Source: a virus. Taken from it: a stretch of 64,000 nt of DNA. Positions 37,458 to 46,704 of this stretch are shown here, piece by piece. Numbering within the stretch: position 1 is the stretch's first letter; each line of letters begins with the position of its first letter. Both the position numbers and the translations under genes were made by a program. The stretch is from the IMG/VR virus record IMGVR_UViG_3300021597_000002, positions 1-64,000 of that record, one strand, 5' to 3'. A model generated the notes under the pieces. That model was not told where the DNA came from, did not search any database, and saw only the letters and a program-made list of their open reading frames with translations.

Positions 37458-37970
37458 TTAAGCAGCCATACGCTTAGAGTCTTGCAGGTACTCCAAGACT
37501 TCTACGCAATAGCTTTCTTCAGCGCGATTGATATAGATCTCACGCTGCATTGAGATTCGTTCTGACGGGAGTTCGGTTTCTTCTAAGAGCTGCTCGGTCT
37601 TTTGGATCTCAGTTCTTAACTGCTCCAATAGCTCTTCAAAATACTTTTGATTACCCACGTTCAACATGACAGTACGAATGCTGTGCAGGGACTTAATTGA
37701 AGGGATGGCGCTTTCTACCGCCTCATTGAGCTTGGCAATTCCATCATTGGTCAGCGAATAAACCTTACGATCGGGCTTACCTTTCTGCGGCTCATCTTTG
37801 CAAGCCAGAAAACCATCATCTGCGAGCTTATTCAGGGAGCGATAGATTTTTTGGTGGGACGCACGCCATACATGGCTAGTGCTCATCATTTTTGTCAGGT
37901 CATAGCCTGTCGCCGTTTTATGCTCAGACAGCAAAGAAAGCAGGTGGATATTCAATTCGTTTAACAGCAT
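37458..37970 (-). CDS. PadR-family transcription factor, AphA-like
   Basis: ATGYDLTK, WRASHQKIYRSLNKL and EPQKGKPDRKVYSLT closely follow the Vibrio AphA winged helix as recalled. Confidence 0.85.
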   Translation of the reverse strand: MLLNELNIHLLSLLSEHKTATGYDLTKMMSTSHVWRASHQKIYRSLNKLADDGFLACKDEPQKGKPDRKVYSLTNDGIAKLNEAVESAIPSIKSLHSIRTVMLNVGNQKYFEELLEQLRTEIQKTEQLLEETELPSERISMQREIYINRAEESYCVEVLEYLQDSKRMAA

Positions 37971-38015
37971 TTCGACACTCCTTTTTTAGAAAGTGGAAAC
38001 ACCATATAATAAAAA

Positions 38016-38032
38016 CCTGTACATTGTACAGG
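38016..38032. promoter_or_regulatory. Palindromic operator CCTGTACATTGTACAGG
   Basis: Identical copy at 39299-39315; variant at 43388-43402. Confidence 0.7.
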
Positions 38033-38065
38033 ATTATTTATTTTTAAGTGGAATTTTTGAGAAGA

Positions 38066-39241
38066 TTAGAACGGGAATCCCTGTTTCTTTAGCCAGTCGT
38101 GGTACTCGCTAAGGGCTTCTTTCATCTTGTGTTCGACGTGAGTATGGATATAAGTCTTATCCAGCTTGCTAAGAGCATGGTTCAACAACATTTCGCCCAC
38201 CATGTAATCCACACCAAGATCAGCCCAGACCGTACGCGCTACTTTTCGTAAGTCGTGCGCTGTCCAATTACTGGCTGAAATGCGCTTAATTTGAGTACTC
38301 GCGGTACTAGCAGGAACACATTGACCACTACGATCATCGTTAGGGAATAGAAATTGCCCTGTGTAACCCTTGGATTTTTGAGCATTCCGGTAAGCATCAA
38401 GCAAAGCTTTAACTGGCTCAGTCAAAGGTAAGCGGTGCGACTGCTTCGTTTTGGTGTGCTCTGCAGGTAGGTACCAATAATCACCGTCTATATGGGACCA
38501 CTTAGCCTGACGTGTTTCGCCTATACGGGTACCAAATAGCAACATCATGAAAATCAGCATTCTGGTGCTGTAGTGACAATCCACCAGCGAAGAAAGTACC
38601 GCTGGAATATCCGACGCTCTGATTTGCGCATCCTTGGGATTGATGCGTTTTTGAATGAAATCAGTGAACTGAAGACCAGCCAAAGGATTGGTACTAATAC
38701 GGTTTTGCTTGGAGGCAAGCTTAAATGCCGCTTTCAGTGCGGAAAATATCAATCTGACGTTAGATAAGGAGTATTTACTTTGAAGGCGCCAGATAAGCGC
38801 ATCGTCTATGCAAGCATGGTTCAACTCATCAATCAGCTTATCACCCAGCATAGGGATCAGGTGCTTATTGATAACGGACTTCACTGTGGCTTTACGCTTT
38901 TTAGATAACTCACGATCTGATTGCGCTCTATCGCAGTACCACTCAAGCAGATCAGAAACGTTCTGGAAGCCGCTGATCTCGATATTCGCTTCAGGGTTCA
39001 GCGTTAACTCCATCACTATGCTAGGCAAACGCTCTTTTACCAGTGATACAGGAACCGCCGGATAACCACCTAGTGGGTGATATTTCTTACCTTTTCTCAG
39101 ATACCAAGTGCCAGTTTCTAACCCTTTATGCGGACGCAACAATACCGTGGGCTTGGACGAAACTTTGATTTCGTAACCCTCGGCGGTTTTTAGCGCTCGC
39201 TTAACGGATGATTCGGAAAAACTGACTGTAAGTGTCTGCAT
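38066..39241 (-). CDS. Tyrosine integrase with arm-binding-type N-terminus
   Basis: LGGYPAV, TRIGE, HTKT, HDLRK, LNH and TYIH. Confidence 0.9.
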   Translation of the reverse strand: MQTLTVSFSESSVKRALKTAEGYEIKVSSKPTVLLRPHKGLETGTWYLRKGKKYHPLGGYPAVPVSLVKERLPSIVMELTLNPEANIEISGFQNVSDLLEWYCDRAQSDRELSKKRKATVKSVINKHLIPMLGDKLIDELNHACIDDALIWRLQSKYSLSNVRLIFSALKAAFKLASKQNRISTNPLAGLQFTDFIQKRINPKDAQIRASDIPAVLSSLVDCHYSTRMLIFMMLLFGTRIGETRQAKWSHIDGDYWYLPAEHTKTKQSHRLPLTEPVKALLDAYRNAQKSKGYTGQFLFPNDDRSGQCVPASTASTQIKRISASNWTAHDLRKVARTVWADLGVDYMVGEMLLNHALSKLDKTYIHTHVEHKMKEALSEYHDWLKKQGFPF

Positions 39242-39294
39242 TAAGAGTCCCAACGGCTGAGTGACTTTTTACCTCTGGCTCAACCTTTTTAAAA

Positions 39295-39319
39295 AAATCC
39301 TGTACATTGTACAGGATTT
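39295..39319. promoter_or_regulatory. 25-bp palindromic operator in the divergent promoter region
   Basis: AAATCCTGTACA-T-TGTACAGGATTT. Confidence 0.75.
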
Positions 39320-39412
39320 AGATATATATTGGCGTCGTTAGCACGAAGAGAGCTAACTGTCTCGGTGACGTTAACACCAGATTTTCTAACTATCGACAAC
39401 AGGAAAATGTTG

Positions 39413-39637
39413 ATGACAACACTACAAAGACATGCAAACGGAGATGGGAAGCACAAGGTAATAGTGCTTTCAGCGCACTTTCAGGGAAATACAGCAAACA
39501 ACCTGACGCGACACCAGTTCGCAGATTTCCACGCTGATGCCCAAAGGTTGGCTGATGAAATTGATGGTGAATTTAATCTGACCGGCAAAAAAGCCGATGG
39601 AAAGAGATTCAAGCTAAGAATTAAGCCGAAATTTTGA
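39413..39637 (+). CDS. Hypothetical protein
   Basis: AGGA RBS; first gene of the rightward operon. Confidence 0.6.
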   Translation: MTTLQRHANGDGKHKVIVLSAHFQGNTANNLTRHQFADFHADAQRLADEIDGEFNLTGKKADGKRFKLRIKPKF

Positions 39638-39713
39638 AAGGTTGGCGTATCGCCCCGACCAAAGATTGATACGCCATAGTCTACACACCACACAGGAAGA
39701 AGGATCCCAAACA

Positions 39714-39911
39714 ATGGACAATCAACAGTTATCCAGAATGGAACGCTCAGAGCGCCTGTTAGCTGCTCACTGTTTTCTTATGCGTAAACCAGTTCCCTAT
39801 TCTATGCGCCTCAAGAAGTCGCTGCAAGCAAAGCTCACGCGCATTGATCAGAAGCTCGAAGTTTATATCGACAAAATCTGGAGCTTCCTAAATAGCTCTA
39901 TGCAGCCATAA
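39714..39911 (+). CDS. Hypothetical protein
   Basis: AAGGA RBS before ATG 39714. Confidence 0.6.
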   Translation: MDNQQLSRMERSERLLAAHCFLMRKPVPYSMRLKKSLQAKLTRIDQKLEVYIDKIWSFLNSSMQP

Positions 39912-39962
39912 GCCATCATCCCGTTTATTACTACCGAGTTTAAAAATTGAAGGAGAAGTAGA

Positions 39963-41153
39963 ATGACAACCGAGAAAAGCACCGTAGCGATTGCCCTACA
40001 GTCCGCTCTTAACCCTGCTCGTTACCAGCTAGGCATTGCTGCAGACAAAACGGAAGGTCTTGCTCACACATCTGTAAACGCTGCAATCACCATGATTGAT
40101 CAAATTGAGCAAATCGTTATTGAGCAATACAACATTGAAGTTGATGACTTTAATTCGCTTTGTGATGAGCTTGAACAAACGCAAGAGAGCTTATCCAAAA
40201 CAGAAAAAGCACTAGCGGATCTTCGCTCTAACCTTGACGAGCTTGAACTTGAAGCCAAAAAAGCCACTGCAGAAGCGGAACGAGAAAAAGCTCAAGCTAA
40301 ACTCACTCAAGCCAATGTAAAAGATAAACTGGCAGAGCTTAAACGCCTGCAAGATATGCAGCCTGAGCAAATGAAAGCCCGTATAGCTGCCCAGCGTAAA
40401 AAGAACGACGAAAAACAAAAGCTATTAGAAGAGCAGCGCATCAAGATCCGTGATCTTAAAAATCAGCTGGTGGACACAGAGACTAAGAAGAACGTCATGG
40501 TCCAAGCCAACACGCAACTTACTGAAGAGCTAAACGAAGCTCGCTCTCGATTAATGCACAAAGACGGTGACGTTATCAATAAGGTATTTGTTGGTAGTGA
40601 TGGCATATTGAAGTGCTACATCCATGTGTTTGAGTATGGTTTATCATTCCGACCAGAAGCAAAAACCATCAAAATCATTAACGACCTTGACTGGTATTAC
40701 GAGGTTAAAACCAACCACGGGCTAAATATCACTGTTTCCGTGACAGACTGGCTACAACCTTTCTACCCTCCATGCGATTACTTAGCTGACCGTTGGCCAA
40801 CTGACATTCATGACGCTTTGCATGAACTCATTATCAACCGCATCGAGATCACCCACCCTCACCTCATTGAACGTATGGAGTGGGCTAAAGAAACGTACCT
40901 AGAAGATGCTGAGTTGGATCCTAAGCATCTTGAAGTACTAAACAACGCTGGATTCCAAAGTCTATACAGCGTTCTTCACATTCCACCTCACCGCCTACTT
41001 GCCATCGTTAAAGACAAAGCCGGTGACGCATCGAAAGGATTCGGAGAAGCCGCTGTGAAGCAAATCTACTCCAAGCTGGACAAGTTAGTAGACCAATGGC
41101 AACGACAGCATGATTGCTGGTCAGACCTAAATCGACAACCTAAAGCCGCTTAA
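39963..41153 (+). CDS. Long coiled-coil protein with C-terminal HhH / RNAP alpha-CTD-like domain
   Basis: About 150 aa heptad region; LEDAEL...LNNAGFQSL...GFGEAAVKQI. Confidence 0.65.
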   Translation: MTTEKSTVAIALQSALNPARYQLGIAADKTEGLAHTSVNAAITMIDQIEQIVIEQYNIEVDDFNSLCDELEQTQESLSKTEKALADLRSNLDELELEAKKATAEAEREKAQAKLTQANVKDKLAELKRLQDMQPEQMKARIAAQRKKNDEKQKLLEEQRIKIRDLKNQLVDTETKKNVMVQANTQLTEELNEARSRLMHKDGDVINKVFVGSDGILKCYIHVFEYGLSFRPEAKTIKIINDLDWYYEVKTNHGLNITVSVTDWLQPFYPPCDYLADRWPTDIHDALHELIINRIEITHPHLIERMEWAKETYLEDAELDPKHLEVLNNAGFQSLYSVLHIPPHRLLAIVKDKAGDASKGFGEAAVKQIYSKLDKLVDQWQRQHDCWSDLNRQPKAA

Positions 41154-41201
41154 CGAACAACAGGCTGCGGCAAAGGTCGCAGCCACCAGCAGGAGAAGAT
41201 T

Positions 41202-42128
41202 ATGACTATTCGCAGGAAAGGTACCATTGGCATTAGTGATACGTCGATCAGAGTTAATGATCAAACTGGCGATTTCAAAAACGGATTTGATGCTGAGCCA
41301 ATTTTAAAGGCTCAACTGGTTTTAAGGCTGGTCGCTTACCTTAAATCACAGGGATGGAGCTTCCACGTTCCTTATGATGACTACGCATACCTTGAACGCA
41401 GCTCAAGCTCTCGTGGAGCTAAAAGGTTTGCAGAGAAACACCGGAAAGGCATTAAAGACGGTCTAGAAATAGAGGTTGCCGCAAGTGGTGCAGGATTGGA
41501 TATAGATTTTTGGGAAAACGTAACTGACCATACCGCCGACAACTCTAATGGCGGTCGATATGTTTTTGATAAAGAGTCAAAAATGCCTTATCGCCAGCTT
41601 TGTCGATTTAGAGCAACCAAACTCAAAATCATAAACTTTCTAACCACATATCACGACTATGCCGTTATGGAGAATGCTCGTCCATTATTCCCTAAGCGAC
41701 ATACTGGTTTAGAGCTTGTGCAACAAGACTATGATGAAAGCTGTCACCGTGATGGCTCCGACATATGGAACGCGAACCTACAAAGAATCTGCGAATACAA
41801 TGCTAAATCCGCAGATGGGCACCAAATTGAGCACGGTTCAATGATCTGGACTCGGAACTACCATGGACGCTGGGTTTATGGTCGAGCAATGTACAACATC
41901 AATAACATGTGGTGGGTTCTTTCTGGTAAATGGGATCGTTACAACAAAGCTAACTTCGAAATATATACAGAAAAACCTGCAGATCTGAACGTTAGAGTTT
42001 CTAGGGAAAAAGCCACCAGAAGCCTAGAAAGTAAAATTAAGAAGGCTGTAGATAACAAAGACTTTCTACTTGCTCATAAATTCCAAACTGCACTCGACCA
42101 ACAATTTGGCGAAGTTGAAGCAGCATAA
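41202..42128 (+). CDS. Phage hypothetical protein
   Basis: 308 aa; AGGAG RBS; YNINNMWWV motif. Confidence 0.75.
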   Translation: MTIRRKGTIGISDTSIRVNDQTGDFKNGFDAEPILKAQLVLRLVAYLKSQGWSFHVPYDDYAYLERSSSSRGAKRFAEKHRKGIKDGLEIEVAASGAGLDIDFWENVTDHTADNSNGGRYVFDKESKMPYRQLCRFRATKLKIINFLTTYHDYAVMENARPLFPKRHTGLELVQQDYDESCHRDGSDIWNANLQRICEYNAKSADGHQIEHGSMIWTRNYHGRWVYGRAMYNINNMWWVLSGKWDRYNKANFEIYTEKPADLNVRVSREKATRSLESKIKKAVDNKDFLLAHKFQTALDQQFGEVEAA

Positions 42129-42185
42129 CCAACATTTAGGGATGCCTTGGCGCATCCCTGTTAACTACGACGAACAAGGTTAAAC

Positions 42186-43004
42186 ATGATCTTACCAACA
42201 CTTGAATATCTAAAAAGCATCAAATCAAGCCCTGTCATCCATGTAACCGACATCGAAACAGGTTCTACAGGTCCGAATACGCACATCTTCTCAGCTGCCG
42301 TTGTAACTGTTGATTTATATCAGCGCCGAATCATCAACCAAACCTACATGTTGATCAGCGATGAGGGGCAAGAAAACCGCATCAAAGACGACATCAACCA
42401 ACCAAACAGCACAATGGCTTTCTGGGAAAAACAAAAAACTGAATCACCAGAAGCGTATGCGGAACTATTTTCAGCAGAGAAGCAAGAAGAACGCTTATCT
42501 CTTCCTGAAGCTCTCCATCAAATTGCTTACTACATTAAGGAAAACACACCAGAGGGCACTAAAGCTCAGGTTATGGGGAACGGTCCAGAATTTGACAACG
42601 TTATCCTGTCACACGCTTATGAAGAAGCAGGCATTGAGCAACCTTGGTATTTCCGAGGCAATCAATCACTACGCACCGCCTGTTTGCTAGGTCGACTGTT
42701 ACTTGGCATTGACCCTAAATACACACTAGAACGCAAAGGTCCTCTTCATCATGCGCTATATGATGCTTTGCACGAAGCTGAATACCTTATCGAAATCACA
42801 TCATCACTGATCACTGAAATCACAAAAGGGCATAACGTTGTCGCTATGGAGACTGAACAGCAAGAAATGTTCAAAAGCTCCCTGCTCAAAGCCCTTGGCT
42901 ATCAACAGAACTCAGATAAAGAGTTAGTGGACCTGTTAGCAGAAGTTGAATTTAACAGAAAAGCGCTTCACAACGGCGAAGCTGAAGCCTGCGCCTGCCG
43001 ATAA
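42186..43004 (+). CDS. DEDDh 3'-5' exonuclease (Rv2179c/DUF5051-like)
   Basis: DIET, GNGPEFDNVIL and HHALYDA. Confidence 0.85.
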   Translation: MILPTLEYLKSIKSSPVIHVTDIETGSTGPNTHIFSAAVVTVDLYQRRIINQTYMLISDEGQENRIKDDINQPNSTMAFWEKQKTESPEAYAELFSAEKQEERLSLPEALHQIAYYIKENTPEGTKAQVMGNGPEFDNVILSHAYEEAGIEQPWYFRGNQSLRTACLLGRLLLGIDPKYTLERKGPLHHALYDALHEAEYLIEITSSLITEITKGHNVVAMETEQQEMFKSSLLKALGYQQNSDKELVDLLAEVEFNRKALHNGEAEACACR

Positions 43005-43063
43005 CCCTACCATTCATTGACTGGTGCCCTCACAGATGAGGGTACCAAACAACGGAACTCAAA

Positions 43064-43387
43064 ATGGAAGATAACGACAACATTGTTAAGTTTAAGAAAA
43101 TAAAACAGCCTCCTTCTGATAAGCCCATCTTTAAAGAGACTCAGACGTATCGAAGACGATTGAAGTGTCCACACGGTGATTTTACGATTGATGAGTCTAA
43201 TGAAACGATAGAGTGTGGCTTATGTGGTGAGCTATTAAGCCCTATGTGGGTTTTAAAACTTTTAGCTAATGAAAACTCTAACCTGTACTGGCAATGGCTA
43301 AAAATGCAAGAGAACGTAGAAAAGACACGCAACAAAATGCGTTGTAAGTGCCAGCATTGTGGAAAAATGACCGCCATTCAGCGTTAA
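43064..43387 (+). CDS. Zinc-finger protein
   Basis: CPH, CGLC and CQHC motifs. Confidence 0.7.
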   Translation: MEDNDNIVKFKKIKQPPSDKPIFKETQTYRRRLKCPHGDFTIDESNETIECGLCGELLSPMWVLKLLANENSNLYWQWLKMQENVEKTRNKMRCKCQHCGKMTAIQR

Positions 43388-43444
43388 CCTGTACTTTGTA
43401 CCGCCTGAGTGTTATTTTCTACGAAACACTGACGGAACGACTTA

Positions 43445-43690
43445 ATGACCAATAACGAAAAACTCAAGATCATTCAGAAACACTTCAAGCTTAAAGCGCA
43501 AGACGTGGCTGACATTTGTTACAAGACAAGTGTTAACACTATTTGGGCATGGCGAACAACCCCAGACAGTGTTCGCTTCAGAACAATGAACGATGGTGAA
43601 TATGCGCTATTGGTTAATTGGCTGGTAAAAAACGAACGCATTGTCGATGAATCTGAACTTGACGAACTCTTTCAAGAAGACACCAATTAA
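43445..43690 (+). CDS. Small HTH (XRE-like) regulator
   Basis: LKAQDVADIC..SVNTIWAW pattern; preceded by an operator variant. Confidence 0.65.
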   Translation: MTNNEKLKIIQKHFKLKAQDVADICYKTSVNTIWAWRTTPDSVRFRTMNDGEYALLVNWLVKNERIVDESELDELFQEDTN

Positions 43691-43737
43691 GTATCTAACG
43701 GGTATTAATAGTATACCCGTTAGATATTCATTCGACA

Positions 43738-44277
43738 TCAACCAGATACTCTATCCTTAATCGCCCTCTCAAGCATTGCCAAGGCTGAACCGTCCTTAAT
43801 CATTTTGGCATCCACTCGAAGAACGCACCAACCAAGAATTGCCGCCTCTCCATACTTAATGCAATCCTCATGAAAACCTGTAGGCGTTAAGTGCCTCGAT
43901 TTTTGAGTAACCGCCTTACCTGTCCCTGAATCCATTCGCTTCTTTCCATGGCTATAAGTGCCACCTTCGATCTCTACGGCAACCTTGTGGTCTTTCCATG
44001 CAAAATCAAACCTCCAGCGTCGCTTAGGATGAAACATCAATTCATCCTTACCCCAGAGTGGCATAGGAAGCCCCGCAGCTTTAACCTGCATAGCAAAAGA
44101 CAATTCCAACCCACTAGGACCTTTGTCCCCTTTCCGCTTCACAGGGACGGTTTTAAGCGGCTTCCCGTTGGTTCTTTTGGGTGCTTTAGCTTGTTTATAT
44201 TTCCTCAATGTTTGACCAGCAAGGATATTGCCGGCTTTTGCCATATTTTCCAGTTGTGTTTCAGTCATAAGATCCAA
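43738..44277 (-). CDS. DUF559/Vsr-like PD-(D/E)xK endonuclease
   Basis: FHPKRRWRFDFAW...VAVEIEGG...H...D..KY...GW.VLR. Confidence 0.8.
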   Translation of the reverse strand: MDLMTETQLENMAKAGNILAGQTLRKYKQAKAPKRTNGKPLKTVPVKRKGDKGPSGLELSFAMQVKAAGLPMPLWGKDELMFHPKRRWRFDFAWKDHKVAVEIEGGTYSHGKKRMDSGTGKAVTQKSRHLTPTGFHEDCIKYGEAAILGWCVLRVDAKMIKDGSALAMLERAIKDRVSG

Positions 44278-44280
44278 ATT

Positions 44281-44820
44281 CTACAGATAGGTTTCTATCG
44301 GTTTATTCTTGAATCCAGCCATTTCCAATAAACACCGCCAGTTAGCATAATCAATACTTCGACTCTCGCCGTCTTCAGCAATCCAATACCTAACTCCTCG
44401 GGAACTTCGACCTAACACTCGACCAATCATCTCACCGGAGATCTCACAGCCTATTTTCTCCCCAGAACGGAGTAAGATTGCAGCTTTCAACCCCTTAACC
44501 ATGTATGTTGTCGGAGCTTTCCAGCGCTTATAGGGTATTTCTTGCGGCATAGCCCACGCTACCCAACGACGGATCTCTTGCTCTTCTCGATCGACATTCC
44601 AACTAATACCAACACTTGTGTTAAATCGCCCATACGGCACCACATCAGGATCACTTGACTGCAGGAACACATAACCTTGCTTACCAAGCATCTTCTTGCA
44701 CAGCTTGAAGTACATTTGCTCAGCTCTAACAGGATCATCCGTTTCCACGCAGTGCAACCAATTGGCTTTGTTTGTTATATGGCTGTCTTCACTCCAATAA
44801 ACTTGAAATGGTTTACTCAT
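44281..44820 (-). CDS. Regulator with C-terminal KorC-like HTH
   Basis: SG..IGRVLG.SSRGVRYW...IDYANWRCLLEMAG resembles IncP KorC as recalled. Confidence 0.65.
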   Translation of the reverse strand: MSKPFQVYWSEDSHITNKANWLHCVETDDPVRAEQMYFKLCKKMLGKQGYVFLQSSDPDVVPYGRFNTSVGISWNVDREEQEIRRWVAWAMPQEIPYKRWKAPTTYMVKGLKAAILLRSGEKIGCEISGEMIGRVLGRSSRGVRYWIAEDGESRSIDYANWRCLLEMAGFKNKPIETYL

Positions 44821-44845
44821 GGCATAGCCCTCCCTTAACAATCAC

Positions 44846-44875
44846 ATTATAGGCACATAGTTCCTACAAAGTCAG
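44846..44875 (-). promoter_or_regulatory. Promoter with KorC-type operator
   Basis: TAGGAAC-TAT-GTGCCTA (44850-44866) overlapping TATAAT. Confidence 0.65.
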
Positions 44876-45049
44876 CTGACGTTCTAATCCCTCCCCTATA
44901 GCCTTGCAGGACCTTTGCAATAGATAGTGATGCAATGGCATTCATGAGCATAGAAACGTTGAATAGCGAGGCACTGACACAGCCTAACAAGACGAAATCA
45001 CAAAAGATCCTATTAGATCTCTATCTGTATTTGGATGAACTGTTTCTTT

Positions 45050-45413
45050 CCATCAATTTAAAAATAAAAAAAATCTCTCTTTATTATTTCTTTATTTAAT
45101 AGGTTATAAGATGGCTTATTAAATGGTTATATATGGTTATAAGATGGTTGTTGGGCTTTAAAGTTGGACCAAACAAGAAACGTAAGTTCATGTTTTAACA
45201 ATGAAATAAAATCAATCTGGTATCTCGACTTATGCTTTGCTAGTATCTCGATTTATGCAAAACGGCATCTCAACTTATGCGTTTGGGTATCTCGATTTAT
45301 GCAAAGTGGTATCTCAACTTATGCGTTTGGGTATCTCGATTTATGCATTTTTTCACTTCAATTCCACTGTATATACAGCACTTATCCCACTGTATATAAA
45401 CAGCTTTTCCACA
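45050..45413. repeat. Iteron origin 2 (RK2 oriV-like)
   Basis: Six 17-mers RGYATCTCRAYTTATGC at 45219, 45242, 45264, 45286, 45308 and 45330; AT-rich tract about 45050-45150; DnaA box TTTTCCACA near 45405. Confidence 0.85.
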
Positions 45414-45500
45414 AATAAAAGCACCACTAAACACCTACCATTTAGGCATAAAAAAACGGCACTCTCTTTCAAGAATGCCGTTTACGGTCGGTAAATTAAA

Positions 45501-45851
45501 TCAGTAAGAATGTCTGACGATGTGGTTTCTCATTCCGTGGTACATAGCGGTGCTTAGCACTACCATGCACAGCACTAATACCGCCCCCCATACCACCAGC
45601 GACCAAAGAGTGATAAACGAAACGATGAATACTGTCGCAGGCTTTTTAAGTTGGCGTCGGTGATAGCGTCGTGTTAACTGATCAGCCTTTTGAAATTTGA
45701 GGTACATCTTGGGGACGGTGAACAGCACAAGAGCTGCACGTATGGCTATGAGCGTGATAGCAAAAGTAACCAGTTCAGGCTCGCCGGCTGAAAATCCAAA
45801 CCAGCCTAGCAGCAAAGGAATGAGGTTAAAAACAATGAATATCCAATTCAC
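45501..45851 (-). CDS. Small integral membrane protein (about four TM segments)
   Basis: Hydrophobic 116 aa ORF flanked by hairpins. Confidence 0.65.
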   Translation of the reverse strand: MNWIFIVFNLIPLLLGWFGFSAGEPELVTFAITLIAIRAALVLFTVPKMYLKFQKADQLTRRYHRRQLKKPATVFIVSFITLWSLVVWGAVLVLCMVVLSTAMYHGMRNHIVRHSY

Positions 45852-45915
45852 AATAAGACCTTATCAATAAAAACGCCCCTGAAATACGGGGCGTTGTATC
45901 CGAACAGTATGAGCG

Positions 45916-46704
45916 TTACTTACGCAGAATCCGATCTGACTCTTTATCTATGTAGGCATCAACAATACCAGCTGCTTTGAGCAATTTAAGTGCTGTCTTC
46001 AACTTTTGACGAAACGTTTTCAAATCGCTCGCCTTAGAACCACAGCTATGCATCACTTTTTCTACTGACACAGCGTACTTGTTGTTCGCTTTATGGCTGG
46101 CAAAATAAAACTGCAACCATTTTGCTATGTTGTTGTTCTTTAGTACCTGACGACGTTTTAGATCGATTCTAGCAAAACCAGAAGAAGTGAAAAATTTCAC
46201 CAACTCTACGGGTAAACGATAATGCCAAAAGCGTGCCATTGCACCATTTACGTCTTTATATTCGAACGAGTCTACCAAATTAAAGTTAAATCGGTGTTGA
46301 ATTAGATCGCCTTCTTCTCTTCGAGTGATAAGACCTTCAATATTTGACTGGCTTAATCGACGCATACATTGCAGTAGTCTTTCATAGTAAAAAGGCGTTC
46401 TAGCCCAGCCTAAAGACTTCATTAACTCTGCTCGTTTGAATTTCAACTTACCTGATAGGTCTGCATTGCGTGCATAGTGAAGAAGTTCCAGATACACATC
46501 TAGATCATCTTGCCTTAGCTCTGGTCCTACGAACTGCAGTTCCATCGGCGTATGACTACCATCAAGCAATCCCAGTAAAATTGGCTTTGTGTAGTATCGA
46601 CGCTCTTGTGAAGTGCCAACGGTGAATAGCGCATATCGCGCTAATTCATTAGGTAGGCAGCGAACGGCTTTCGCCCATGGTTTTTCAATTAGCTTTACTG
46701 ACAT
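45916..46704 (-). CDS. trfA: TrfA-family replication initiator
   Basis: [33 protein letters not shown] and FRQKLKTAL; adjacent iterons. Confidence 0.8.
   Translation of the reverse strand: MSVKLIEKPWAKAVRCLPNELARYALFTVGTSQERRYYTKPILLGLLDGSHTPMELQFVGPELRQDDLDVYLELLHYARNADLSGKLKFKRAELMKSLGWARTPFYYERLLQCMRRLSQSNIEGLITRREEGDLIQHRFNFNLVDSFEYKDVNGAMARFWHYRLPVELVKFFTSSGFARIDLKRRQVLKNNNIAKWLQFYFASHKANNKYAVSVEKVMHSCGSKASDLKTFRQKLKTALKLLKAAGIVDAYIDKESDRILRK

Noticed and set aside
38016-38032. LexA (SOS) box
   Set aside because: CTGT-N7-ACAG is one base shorter than CTGT-N8-ACAG; the CTGTATATA motifs at 45367-45403 also have the wrong spacing.
45219-45346. CRISPR-like array
   Set aside because: Spacers are only 5-6 bp, there are no cas genes, and a Rep gene is adjacent; these are iterons. 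The same applies to 52073-52204.
45164-45494. Two short repetitive ORFs
   Set aside because: They are translations of the iteron array.
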